Part shown: piece after piece, positions 42,347 through 51,752 of the stretch | How positions within the stretch are numbered: the first letter of the stretch is position 1 | Layout: every line of letters begins with the position of its first letter | NCBI GenBank assembly: GCA_949292875.1 | Contig: CASFBJ010000009.1 | Location: 64,271-128,270 of the forward strand | Reading direction: 5' to 3' | From: an uncultured Christensenella sp. | Lineage (GTDB): Bacteria; Bacillota; Clostridia; Christensenellales; UBA1242 | Length of the DNA stretch: 64,000 bases | Position numbers and translations under genes: made by a program | The notes under the pieces: generated by a model | The model's database searches: none | The model's input: the letters and a program-made list of their open reading frames with translations, nothing else | What the model was told of the DNA's origin: nothing

Positions 42347-44704
42347 ATGCAAGATGTACTTGAAACTAGTTTAGACATTTATGTAGTTAAAAGAGATGGG
42401 AGAAAAGTTCCTTTTAATCCTACAAAGATAGCAATAGCCATAAAGAAAGGATTTGATAGCATTAGAGAGGGGGATAAACTAAAATATACTCCAGCTGATG
42501 TGAATAAGGCTTTTAATAAAACATTGGAAACTTTAATAAGTGATCAAGGTGTAAAAAAGTTAGAAATTGAAAATATTCAAGATTGTATAGAAAACACTCT
42601 AAAAGATTTAGGATATGATGATGTTTTTGAGTCTTTTAAAGAATATAGAGAGCGTAGGCATAATTCAAGACAAGCATTTTTTGGAGAAAAGAAACAACAT
42701 AAATTTTTAAAAGCTTTGGAGAACTTAGGCTTAAAGTCTGCAGGTGAAGAAGATTCTAAAAGAGAAAATGCAAATGTTGACGGCGATACTGCAATGGGAA
42801 CAATGCTACAATATGGTAGTACTATATCAAAAGAGTTTGCAAAAGCGTACCTTATGAAACCTATTCATGCAGACGCTCATGATTCAGGCGACATACATAT
42901 CCATGATTTAGATTTTTTGTCTATGGGTACTACAACTTGTTGTCAAATAGATTTAAACAAACTATTTCATGATGGTTTTTCTACAGGACATGGTTTTTTA
43001 AGAGAACCTAACGATATAATGTCTTATACCGCTTTAGGTGCTATAGCTATACAAGCTAATCAAAACGACCAACATGGTGGGCAAAGTATACCAGCTTTTG
43101 ATTATTATATGGCACCCGGAGTTCTTAAAACATTTAAAAAACAATTTAAACAAGCAATTTATGATTATTTAGATTTTAGCGAATTTAAAAATTTTGTAGC
43201 GATAAATGGCATTATTAGAGAAATAGATAAGATAGACAGTATAGAGTTTGATATATCTATATTTGACCAATATTCTAGAAATACTGAGTATTTGAAAAGA
43301 CTATTCAAGATATCTTATGATAAAGCATTACAGAAAACAAATAGAATAGTTTATCAAGCAATGGAAGCTTTTATTCACAACTTGAATACAATGCATTCAA
43401 GAGCAGGAGCACAAGTGCCTTTTTCATCAGTAAACTTTGGTACAGATACATCTCCAGAAGGCAGAATGGTAATAAAAAATTTCTTACTTGCAACGGATGC
43501 TGGTTTAGGTAGAAGTGAAACTCCTATTTTCCCAATATCAATATTTAAGGTGAAAGATGGTGTAAACTTTAATGAGGGAGAACCTAACTATGATTTGTTT
43601 AAATTAGCGTGCAAGGTTTCTGCTAAAAGATTGTTTCCAAATTTCTCATTTATAGATGCTCCTTTCAATTTACAATATTATAAGCAAGGTGATAAAGATA
43701 CAGAAGTCGCTTACATGGGATGCAGAACAAGAGTTTTAGGTAACTCTGTAGATGAAAGCAAGGCAATTACTCCAGGTAGAGGAAATCTTTCATTTACATC
43801 TATTAACTTGCCAAGACTTGGCATTAAGCATGGTATTGTAAATGGCGGAAAAACTGATTTAGAAGGGTTCTTTGCTGAATTAGATGAAAAAATAGAATTA
43901 GTAAAAAATCAACTTCTAGAAAGGTTTGAAATTCAATGTAATAAATCTATAAATAATTTTCCTTTTCTTTTGAAGCAAGGTGTGTGGATAGATAGCGAAA
44001 AGTTAAAACCTGGAGATAGACTAAGAAAAATTTTAAAACATGGTACTTTGTCTGTAGGCTTTATTGGTCTTGCAGAATGTTTGAAAGCTTTAATAGGTAA
44101 TCATCATGGTGAAAGCGAAGAAGCACAAGATTTGGGTCTAAAGATTATAGGACATATGCGTGAAAAAATGGATGAATATACAAAGAAATATAATCTAAAC
44201 TTTACTTTACTTGCAACACCAGCAGAAGGTATATCTGGAAGATTTACAAGGATAGATAGGTCAATATATGGTAAAATAGAAGGTGTAACAGATAGGGAAT
44301 ATTATACAAATAGTTTCCATGTACCTGTATATTATGACATTTCTGTAGCTGACAAGATAGAAAAAGAAGCTCCATATCATTCATTTACTAATGCTGGACA
44401 TATATCTTATATAGAATTAGATGGTGATACGGCTGACAATGTGGAAGCATTTGAAAGAGTTGTAAGATTAATGAAAGAAAAGGGAATTGGTTATGGTGCA
44501 ATAAATCATCCAGTAGATAGAGATCCTATTTGCGGATTTACAGGAGTTATTAACGATGTTTGTCCTGGATGTGGAAGAAAAGAAGAAGGTGTTAAGTTTG
44601 AAAGAATAAGAAGAATTACAGGTTACCTTGTAGGAACTGTAGATAGATTTAACAATGCTAAAAAATGTGAAGAAAGAGATAGAGTTAAACATAAATTAAA
44701 CTAA
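42347..44704 (+). CDS. nrdD: anaerobic ribonucleoside-triphosphate reductase
   Basis: N-terminal ATP-cone (VVKRDGRKVPFNPTKI), C-terminal zinc site CPGCG and glycyl-radical motif RIRRITGYLVG. Confidence 0.93.
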   Translation: MQDVLETSLDIYVVKRDGRKVPFNPTKIAIAIKKGFDSIREGDKLKYTPADVNKAFNKTLETLISDQGVKKLEIENIQDCIENTLKDLGYDDVFESFKEYRERRHNSRQAFFGEKKQHKFLKALENLGLKSAGEEDSKRENANVDGDTAMGTMLQYGSTISKEFAKAYLMKPIHADAHDSGDIHIHDLDFLSMGTTTCCQIDLNKLFHDGFSTGHGFLREPNDIMSYTALGAIAIQANQNDQHGGQSIPAFDYYMAPGVLKTFKKQFKQAIYDYLDFSEFKNFVAINGIIREIDKIDSIEFDISIFDQYSRNTEYLKRLFKISYDKALQKTNRIVYQAMEAFIHNLNTMHSRAGAQVPFSSVNFGTDTSPEGRMVIKNFLLATDAGLGRSETPIFPISIFKVKDGVNFNEGEPNYDLFKLACKVSAKRLFPNFSFIDAPFNLQYYKQGDKDTEVAYMGCRTRVLGNSVDESKAITPGRGNLSFTSINLPRLGIKHGIVNGGKTDLEGFFAELDEKIELVKNQLLERFEIQCNKSINNFPFLLKQGVWIDSEKLKPGDRLRKILKHGTLSVGFIGLAECLKALIGNHHGESEEAQDLGLKIIGHMREKMDEYTKKYNLNFTLLATPAEGISGRFTRIDRSIYGKIEGVTDREYYTNSFHVPVYYDISVADKIEKEAPYHSFTNAGHISYIELDGDTADNVEAFERVVRLMKEKGIGYGAINHPVDRDPICGFTGVINDVCPGCGRKEEGVKFERIRRITGYLVGTVDRFNNAKKCEERDRVKHKLN

Positions 44705-44715
44705 AATGGTGAAAT

Positions 44716-45291
44716 ATGAATATAAGACTTGCAAATAAAGTGATACAACAAAATAGTATAGTTGATGGTGAAGGGTTGAGGGCTGTAATTTGGGCTCAAG
44801 GTTGTTCTCACAATTGTAAAGGTTGCCACAACCCTGAAACTCATGACTTTAATGGAGGGTTTTTAGTGCCATTGGAAGATGTTAAGAAGCAGATAGCACA
44901 GATAAGATGCCATGATGGGGTAACATTTTCTGGCGGAGACCCTATGTTTCAAATAGATGCATTTTGTGAACTTGCAAAATATATAAAATCCTTGGGACTA
45001 AATATTTGGTGTTATACAGGATTTAAGTTTGAAACGCTTTTAAAAATGGCGAGTAAAAATCCAACATTAATGGAACTTTTAGAAAATATTAATGTGCTAG
45101 TTGATGGAAAATTTGATTTATCACAAAAAAGTTTAAATCTATATTATAAAGGTTCAAGAAATCAAAGAATAATAGATGTAAAATCGTCATTACTTAGTAA
45201 TTCAATTGTTGAGATAGAGAAGTATAAAGATGAGAAAAAGTACACTTTATATTCTTCAGAATTTAATTATGAAAATGGACTTTTTATTTAG
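44716..45291 (+). CDS. nrdG: anaerobic RNR activating radical-SAM protein
   Basis: DGEGLRAVIWAQGCSHNCKGCHNPETH (CxxxCxxC), and position directly after nrdD. Confidence 0.9.
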   Translation: MNIRLANKVIQQNSIVDGEGLRAVIWAQGCSHNCKGCHNPETHDFNGGFLVPLEDVKKQIAQIRCHDGVTFSGGDPMFQIDAFCELAKYIKSLGLNIWCYTGFKFETLLKMASKNPTLMELLENINVLVDGKFDLSQKSLNLYYKGSRNQRIIDVKSSLLSNSIVEIEKYKDEKKYTLYSSEFNYENGLFI

Positions 45292-45295
45292 AATA

Positions 45296-45336
45296 AAAAT
45301 GAAAGAAAATTTTTTAAGAAAATGAAAGAAAATTTT
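45296..45336 (+). repeat. perfect 18-bp direct repeat (x2, 23-bp register) just upstream of a -35 box
   Basis: aaaatgaaagaaaatttt occurs at 45296-45313 and 45319-45336. The second copy is part of a 7-6-7 inverted repeat aatgaaa-gaaaat-tttcatt (45321-45340). TTGACA follows at 45347-45352. Confidence 0.8.
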
Positions 45337-45405
45337 CATTATTTCTTTGACATATATATAGAAATTTTATATTCTAATATTAGTGAATATGCTTAGGAGA
45401 AATAA

Positions 45406-46917
45406 ATGAAAACATTACTAGTATCAAAGCTTAAAGAATCTATAATTTCAGTAGTACCAATAGTTGTTATTGTAGTTATACTTTCTTTTATATTAGGTTT
45501 TGATATTGATTTTGTTTTTAAGTTTATTTTTTCAAGCATTTTTTTAATTATTGGCTTAGCTCTTTTTACTCTAGGTGCAGATTTGTCTATGATTGAAATA
45601 GGGGAAAGAATAGGGGGGTATTTAGCGAAAAAAAATTGGATTTGGTTGACTATAATAACAACATTGTTTGTGGGGGTTGTTATAACAATAGCAGAACCAG
45701 ATTTAATAGTGCTTGCCAATCAAGTGAAGGAAAGCATTAGTTCCACACTTTTAATTATGGCTATAGCACTAGGAGTAGGCATTTATATGGTAATATCAAT
45801 TGTTAGAACAAAATATTCTTTACCATTAAATATCATACTACTTGTTTCTTATCTTACAGTTTTTGTGTTAGCATTTTTTTTACCAGACAATTTTTTCCCA
45901 TTAGCTTTAGATAGCGGTTCAGTAACGACAGGACCTATATCTGTACCTTTTATTATGGCATTTGGTATAGGCTTGGCAACTGTGAGTTCAGTAAAAGGTA
46001 AAAGTTCCGATGATAGTTTTGGTACGGTTGGGTTAGTTTCTGTTGGTCCAATATTAGCAGTAATGTTGTTAGGCATAATATTGCATACAAACGATTTAAA
46101 CTATGTATATTCATCACCAGAAGAAGTAAAAGGTTTCTTTAATATTATTGCACAATTTTTTGTTGGATTACCTCATGAATGCTTAAATATTATTATAGTA
46201 ATTTTACCTATATTTTTGTTTTTTATCATTTTTCAAATATTTGCATTAAAATTACCATTAAAAACTATTTTTCAAATATTTTTAGGTATTGTTTATGTTT
46301 TTGTGGGTATAAGTTTGTTTCTTAATGCTGTAAACTATGCTTTTTTAACTACCGGACAAAGTTTAGGTCTTGCTTTAGCAAATATGCAGAACAATTGGCT
46401 AATTATTCCTTTATTTTGCATTATAGGTCTTGTAATTGTATTAGCAGAACCTGCTGTTCATGTTTTAGCAAAACAAATAGAAGTTGTAACTAGTGGTGTT
46501 GTAAGTAAAAAAATGATGTTTGTAAGTTTGTGTGTAGGAGTAAGTCTTGCACTTGGGTTAGTTGCTACTAGAATACTTTTCTCTATAAATGTGCTATATA
46601 TAATTATACCTATTTTTACAATATGTTTTATTTTAACATTTTTAACTCCTAAGATGTTTACAGGTATTGCTTTTGATTCTGGAGGTGTTGTCACGGGAGC
46701 TATGTCAACGACTTTTGTTTTGCCAATGATTATTGGCATAGTTTGTGTTTTGTCTGGAGAAATTAGTATTTTAAAAGATGCATTTGGTTCTTTGGCAATA
46801 GTTGCAAGCTCGCCTATATTATTAGTTTTAATTGTAGGTTTTATTTATAAAGTTAAATCAAGAAGAAATGAATACAAAATTAAAACTAAAAGAGCTATTG
46901 TTGTTGAGTTTGAATAA
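45406..46917 (+). CDS. DUF1538-like polytopic membrane protein
   Basis: AGGAG SD and ~12 TM segments with two-fold internal duplication (..FTLGADLSMIEIGERIGGYL.. / ..ALDSGSVTTGPISVPF.. / ..AFDSGGVVTGAMSTTF..). The family assignment is from memory of DUF1538 sequences. Confidence 0.6.
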   Translation: MKTLLVSKLKESIISVVPIVVIVVILSFILGFDIDFVFKFIFSSIFLIIGLALFTLGADLSMIEIGERIGGYLAKKNWIWLTIITTLFVGVVITIAEPDLIVLANQVKESISSTLLIMAIALGVGIYMVISIVRTKYSLPLNIILLVSYLTVFVLAFFLPDNFFPLALDSGSVTTGPISVPFIMAFGIGLATVSSVKGKSSDDSFGTVGLVSVGPILAVMLLGIILHTNDLNYVYSSPEEVKGFFNIIAQFFVGLPHECLNIIIVILPIFLFFIIFQIFALKLPLKTIFQIFLGIVYVFVGISLFLNAVNYAFLTTGQSLGLALANMQNNWLIIPLFCIIGLVIVLAEPAVHVLAKQIEVVTSGVVSKKMMFVSLCVGVSLALGLVATRILFSINVLYIIIPIFTICFILTFLTPKMFTGIAFDSGGVVTGAMSTTFVLPMIIGIVCVLSGEISILKDAFGSLAIVASSPILLVLIVGFIYKVKSRRNEYKIKTKRAIVVEFE

Positions 46918-46932
46918 AAGGATAATTACCGT

Positions 46933-47451
46933 ATGAAAACTGATAAAAATATAAAAGTATTTAATGAGAATATTTCTAACATAAAAGAGAAAAAGAAATT
47001 GATAAAAAATAAAAAGTTAGATAAAAAAAAGAAAAAAGAGGATAAGAAAGTCTTTAATTTTAAAGAATGGATTAAAAATGTAATTGAAAAAAGTGGTAAA
47101 AAAAGCAAATCTATTCCTAAAATAAAGGCTACATTTAAAGTTTTATTCATTTATTGCGAAAAAGGAATGGCAAAAGAAGTTGTTGAATTTTTATCTAAAG
47201 AAAAAATTAATATAGATATTGTAATAAATGCTTATCAAGTTAAAGCAAATCAAAATGCAGGTGCTTTAGCCGTCTCAAATAAAGAAGTTGAAATAGTAGT
47301 TGCTTTTTTAGATTGCACAGAAGAAAAAGACTCATTTCAAGAATTGTATAAAAAGATGCAAGAACAAAATCTTAAAGTACAATTTTTGTATACAATTTTA
47401 CCAAAAAGTGCTGAATTAAATCTAATATATTTATTAAAAAAAGGAGTGTAG
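46933..47451 (+). CDS. P-II-like small protein with a ~60-aa lysine-rich N-terminal extension
   Basis: The C-terminal ~105 aa (FKVLFIYCEKGMAKEVVEFL..VEIVVAFL..) have a beta-alpha-beta P-II-like pattern. It is operonic with the DUF1538 gene. Confidence 0.5.
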   Translation: MKTDKNIKVFNENISNIKEKKKLIKNKKLDKKKKKEDKKVFNFKEWIKNVIEKSGKKSKSIPKIKATFKVLFIYCEKGMAKEVVEFLSKEKINIDIVINAYQVKANQNAGALAVSNKEVEIVVAFLDCTEEKDSFQELYKKMQEQNLKVQFLYTILPKSAELNLIYLLKKGV

Positions 47452-47452
47452 T

Positions 47453-47863
47453 ATGGAACAAAACGCTTTAGAATTAGTTGTAGTTGTTGTAAATGATGGT
47501 TTTTCTTCTTCAGTAATAAATTATGCAAAAGAAATATGCGATGTAGATGCTACTTTAATAAAGGGAAGAAGTGCAACCGTAAATAAAGATGGAGAAACGA
47601 AGCAAAGTGTATATGGTGAAAAAGAGATAGTGTTATTTGCTGTAAATAAGGAAGATAGGTCAAATCTTATTGAAAACATATGTGCACATATTGGACTAGG
47701 AACAAATGCTCAAGCAATGGCTTTCTCATTGCCTATAGAAGATTGGTCAATGAATTGCTTTATACCTAGTGAAGAAGAAGTTTCTACTCAAAATGAAGAA
47801 CAACTAGAAGTAGATAAGGTAGAGGATAAAGAAATAAAAGAAAAAGATGAGATAGATGAATGA
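47453..47863 (+). CDS. P-II-like small protein with acidic tail
   Basis: AAGGAG SD, then LELVVVVVNDGFSSSVINYAKE...ATLIKGRS......KEIVLFAV. Confidence 0.5.
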   Translation: MEQNALELVVVVVNDGFSSSVINYAKEICDVDATLIKGRSATVNKDGETKQSVYGEKEIVLFAVNKEDRSNLIENICAHIGLGTNAQAMAFSLPIEDWSMNCFIPSEEEVSTQNEEQLEVDKVEDKEIKEKDEIDE

Positions 47864-47879
47864 TATATGAAAAAAATTA

Positions 47880-47920
47880 AAAATAGGAAGAAATTTTAAA
47901 ATTTCTTCCTATATTTTTTG
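47880..47920. terminator. bidirectional terminator
   Basis: Perfect palindrome taggaagaaatttt / aaaatttcttccta (47884-47911), with an A-run before it and a T-run after it. Confidence 0.8.
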
Positions 47921-47964
47921 TTGTTATGAACTTTTATTCAGTTTTTATATGAGTTATAGTTTTT

Positions 47965-48858
47965 TTAAGTATTTTCAATTGTGTCATGATTTTTATTTTT
48001 TTTGCGTTTTGTTTTTTGTGGTAACATATCTTTTTCATTTGTTTCTATACAATCGTTATTTATAATATTTTCAATGTTGTCGTCTTTGGAAAATGTATTT
48101 TTGTTGTTAGACTCGCAACCCTCTTCCACGCTACTTTCTTTAAAATTTTGATTATTTTTATCCTTGACAAGAATTATTTTAAAAACGATGAGAGATACAA
48201 TTATAGCTAATAAAACTATTCCCCAGCATAGTGCTGTAACTGGAAACCCACTTTCATTCCATGAACCCATAAACTTTAAACTTTCTATCATAAAAAGGAG
48301 TCCTATACTTCTGCACACAATATTCACAATAGTAAAAAACTTGAAATTAAACCTTACACTTCCAGCAACAATACATAATAGATCATCTGGGAAAACAGGG
48401 AGTAAAACAGTTAGCGCATACCACCATTTACCTTTAGTGCATAAAAATGTACTCCATTTATCGTAATCTTCTTTAGAACCTGCAGCCCATTCTACTGCTT
48501 TCTTTCCCCACTTGTATCCTATAAAATATGCAGTTATAAATCCGCATATATAAGCACTTAATGTTATTAAATAAAAAATAACATCATTTATTCCTATGTT
48601 TAAAAATCCTGTTGAGATTAATTGAGTATGAGTCGCTGCTAAAAGTACTACATATGCGGGAATAGGTACTAACCATACTTGTATGTACATGATTATCCAT
48701 ACAATTATAAGAGAAATTATTTGACTAGAAGTATTTTCAATCAATCCTCCAATCCAATTATTTACAGTATCAAAAGAAAATAAAACTTCAAAAGCAAATA
48801 AAAAAATAGTACAAAATAGAGCAACTTTTAACAAGTTGTATATTTGTTTTTTATTCAT
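47965..48858 (-). CDS. TVP38/TMEM64 (DedA-related) family membrane protein with acidic C-terminal tail
   Basis: AAGGAG SD, multi-TM, with ..YALTVLLPVFPDDLLCIVAGSVRFNFKFF... Confidence 0.6.
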   Translation of the reverse strand: MNKKQIYNLLKVALFCTIFLFAFEVLFSFDTVNNWIGGLIENTSSQIISLIIVWIIMYIQVWLVPIPAYVVLLAATHTQLISTGFLNIGINDVIFYLITLSAYICGFITAYFIGYKWGKKAVEWAAGSKEDYDKWSTFLCTKGKWWYALTVLLPVFPDDLLCIVAGSVRFNFKFFTIVNIVCRSIGLLFMIESLKFMGSWNESGFPVTALCWGIVLLAIIVSLIVFKIILVKDKNNQNFKESSVEEGCESNNKNTFSKDDNIENIINNDCIETNEKDMLPQKTKRKKNKNHDTIENT

Positions 48859-48926
48859 AAAAACTCCTTATAGATATTATATATAAGAAATACAAATATT
48901 GCAATATTTAATTTAATAATTATAGT

Positions 48927-48962
48927 AAAAAAGACTGTTTTTATACACTTAGCAGTCTTTTT
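48927..48962 (-). terminator. intrinsic terminator (minus strand) overlapping the last codons of 48949-49308
   Basis: agactg (48933-48937 region) pairs with cagtct (48953-48958). The A-run at 48927-48932 is a T-run on the minus strand. Confidence 0.55.
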
Positions 48963-49308
48963 CTATTGATATTTTTGTTTTATTTGCATTGTATTGCTTG
49001 CATTTTTCGCAAGCTTTATTTGCATTTATCTTAAATGCAAAAAAGTCTTCTAGGATAGATTTGAAATACCTTTCAATATCTAATTTTTTATCAGGATATT
49101 TCTTTTTATTTATTTTTATTTGTCTTATAGCTTCACCTATAACTTTGATATTGTTTAAATCTATAGGCAATATCTTTACAGATGAAATAAGATTTTGTTT
49201 ACGATATTCTTCAATAGGTAATTTTTTTATGTCTAAAGGATTTAAATGGTAATAAATTTCATTTTTATATATTATAGAAGTATCATCTTTAATATTTAAA
49301 AGATTCAT
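48949..49308 (-). CDS. hypothetical small basic protein
   Basis: AAGGAG SD. 119 aa with no recognised motif. Confidence 0.6.
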   Translation of the reverse strand: MNLLNIKDDTSIIYKNEIYYHLNPLDIKKLPIEEYRKQNLISSVKILPIDLNNIKVIGEAIRQIKINKKKYPDKKLDIERYFKSILEDFFAFKINANKACEKCKQYNANKTKISIEKDC

Positions 49309-49445
49309 AACATTAATCTCCTTTATGCTTTTATAAAAAAATTATACCTAATTATACATTTATTGTCAAATCTTTATAAGTCATTTTTCGGTATTTTTAG
49401 CGTATAAAATACTTTTTTTATGTAATTTATATAAATTTTGCAAAA

Positions 49446-49480
49446 TAAAAAAATTCTAAGGTTGCTTAGAATTTTTTTTA
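49446..49480. terminator. bidirectional terminator downstream of 49486-51582
   Basis: aaattctaag / cttagaattt stem (49451-49474), flanked by an A-run and a T-run. Confidence 0.75.
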
Positions 49481-49485
49481 TAACA

Positions 49486-51582
49486 TTATGCAGTGTATTT
49501 TTCAGTTGTATCTATTGTTGTATTTCCGCTCTTGCTATCTATCGTTACAATATTAATTGTTTGACTACTAACAGCTTTTGTTTTTAGGTTTTCTAAAGTT
49601 ATTTTGTTTTCGGTTTCATTTTCTTCTTTAGGTGTGGAAACTATAATATATTTTACTTTTGTATTATCATGACCACTTATAACTGATGCAGACATAGCAG
49701 TACCAGAATTTAAAGTTGCATTTGCTCCAAAAAATGCCGTGTTGTTTGAGTTTATTGCATTTGTTTTAGCGTATATCCAATAAGGTTTAGATTCTGTATC
49801 TGTAGTTTTAAATGGCATGTATAGATATACATTTCCAGAACCTGAATTAATTATAGAATCTCCATGAATTTCTACAAATTGCGCGTGAATGGCAGATGTT
49901 CCATTATCTATTATATTAGTAGTTACTTTGCAAGAAATGTTTGTTAATCTTATTTCTCCAGATTTTGCTTTTATAGTTAATGAAGAATTAATTATTTCAT
50001 TCTCTTTTGCTGTAAAATCAGTGTTTGCATTGACTGCATTTTGTATATCTTCTTGAATTAATTGGATTTCTTTTTCTAGTCTAGCTTTTTCTTGCTTCAT
50101 TGCTATTTCGTACGGTACATTAATATTGTGAGATTCATTAATATAGTTGTTTACTTGTGCTAATAAGGCTTTTTTAGAATCTAAATCGTATTGAAATGGT
50201 TGAGTAGATATCTCTTTAAGAAAATTTTCTCTTTCTGTTTGATTGTTTATGTTTAATTGATTTACTTTTATATTTCCATTTGTTAATGTTGAAACATTAA
50301 AATTTCCTATAATATTGTTTATAGTTATATTTCCACTTTCTGAAGTTATAGAATTTGTTATATCTGTATTAGTAGAATAAAGAGTACCTATTTCAATAGC
50401 GCCATTCCAAGTGTGTAGATTTAAACTATCGCCACATTCTATATAGTTTATCTTAATTGTTCTTCTACCAGATTTGTTGTCTTCGTTATTTTCATCATTA
50501 TAGTATACATTTATAAATGAATTGCTGTATATACTGCCTATATTTAATCTTGCATCACTAGAGTTTATATCTATAGAAGATTTAATGGCTGAACCTATAG
50601 TGATATAATCTGCGTTGCCTTTGTATGTTAAAGCAGTATTATATAATGTGTTTATCTTAATATTTGTTAATTTTCCGTTTATTTTGCAATAATGAGTGTT
50701 TTCATCAGAAGTTGGATTTTTAATGCCTATATTTACTCCGTCGTTAAAAGTGATTTTTCCATATTCACTACTAATTTCCACATTTCCTGTGATAGCTCCA
50801 TTTCTCAAAAATGAAAAATCCATATCTCCTGTTGTAGATTTTCCAGAGTAGTTAGAAATTCCGCATCTTTCATAAGTTTGCTTACCGCTTGATGTTTCTA
50901 CATTTAGATTGTCCACATATATAGTTGCACTAGGGTATACTGTATTGTTGGCTCCTGCATGATTATCACTAATTTTAACATTACCAGAAGTGGTAGTTAT
51001 ATTTACATCTATAAGATGTAGAGTTTCGTTACTTTGAACTTTTATACCTGCTGGGTCTGTAAATTCTACAGATGAATCACATAGGGTAAAAGGTGTATAG
51101 ATGTAAAGAACTGCGTTTGTGTAGTTTATAAAGCCATTTGGAGATTTTACATTTATAACTAATTCATAACTATCATCTGTTTCATTATGAACAACATCAA
51201 TGTTTACATCAACTTTAGCTTCTCCAGATTCATCTACTTTTGCAAAACCATTTGCAGATATTGACATATCTATAAGGTAAGTAATAGTTAAAGGCGTAAC
51301 GCCATCATTACGATAACCCTCAATCCATGGTTTCATTTCAACACCAATGTTGTCAGAATTTACAGTGATTTTATTTATTTTTGTAGCGTCTGTAGGTGTG
51401 TCTGCGTCAAAGTCTTGATTAATTCTCACTTTTTGGAAATCTCCTGAACCAAATGAAACATATTTGTATCCAAAAAGAGAAAATCTAAAAAGTACCATGC
51501 CAGCTAAAGTAATTAATACTATTCCTAAGCAAATTAAGATTAAGATACCAATGTACTTAAAAAAATTTTTTAAAGAACTCAT
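49486..51582 (-). CDS. N-terminally TM-anchored beta-rich surface protein (DUF4097/adhesin-like repeats) with an internal coiled coil
   Basis: AGGAGA SD and the TM segment IGILILICLGIVLITLAGMVLF. It has recurrent ..SG.I.I.N.. beta-helix-like strands (SGNVKISDN, GKITFNDG, SGNITINNIIGNFNVS, SGEIRLTNIS, SGSGNVYLY) and the helical insert EIAMKQEKARLEKEIQLIQEDIQ. Confidence 0.7.
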   Translation of the reverse strand: MSSLKNFFKYIGILILICLGIVLITLAGMVLFRFSLFGYKYVSFGSGDFQKVRINQDFDADTPTDATKINKITVNSDNIGVEMKPWIEGYRNDGVTPLTITYLIDMSISANGFAKVDESGEAKVDVNIDVVHNETDDSYELVINVKSPNGFINYTNAVLYIYTPFTLCDSSVEFTDPAGIKVQSNETLHLIDVNITTTSGNVKISDNHAGANNTVYPSATIYVDNLNVETSSGKQTYERCGISNYSGKSTTGDMDFSFLRNGAITGNVEISSEYGKITFNDGVNIGIKNPTSDENTHYCKINGKLTNIKINTLYNTALTYKGNADYITIGSAIKSSIDINSSDARLNIGSIYSNSFINVYYNDENNEDNKSGRRTIKINYIECGDSLNLHTWNGAIEIGTLYSTNTDITNSITSESGNITINNIIGNFNVSTLTNGNIKVNQLNINNQTERENFLKEISTQPFQYDLDSKKALLAQVNNYINESHNINVPYEIAMKQEKARLEKEIQLIQEDIQNAVNANTDFTAKENEIINSSLTIKAKSGEIRLTNISCKVTTNIIDNGTSAIHAQFVEIHGDSIINSGSGNVYLYMPFKTTDTESKPYWIYAKTNAINSNNTAFFGANATLNSGTAMSASVISGHDNTKVKYIIVSTPKEENETENKITLENLKTKAVSSQTINIVTIDSKSGNTTIDTTEKYTA

Positions 51583-51752
51583 TATACTTTCTCCTGAATT
51601 AATATTGTAATATAAACAATATTATCATAGATATAAGTAAAAATCAATAACTTTATTTAAAATGTTTTAATTTCTTGCAAAATCTAAATAATTTTGCTAG
51701 TATTGGATATAATATTTATAAGTTTTACTTTAAGAAAAAAGGTGTAATTACA

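Noticed and set aside
45393-46739. Minus-strand ORFs overlapping the DUF1538-like gene (45393-45719, 45849-46076, 46458-46739). The same applies to the many 60-130-aa antisense ORFs inside other long genes, e.g. 3034-4378, 7510-9687, 23711-24625, 27958-28833 and 36787-37725.
   Set aside because: All of them sit inside longer ORFs with SDs and coherent protein features. They lack SDs and have low-complexity S/F/L/I-rich translations.
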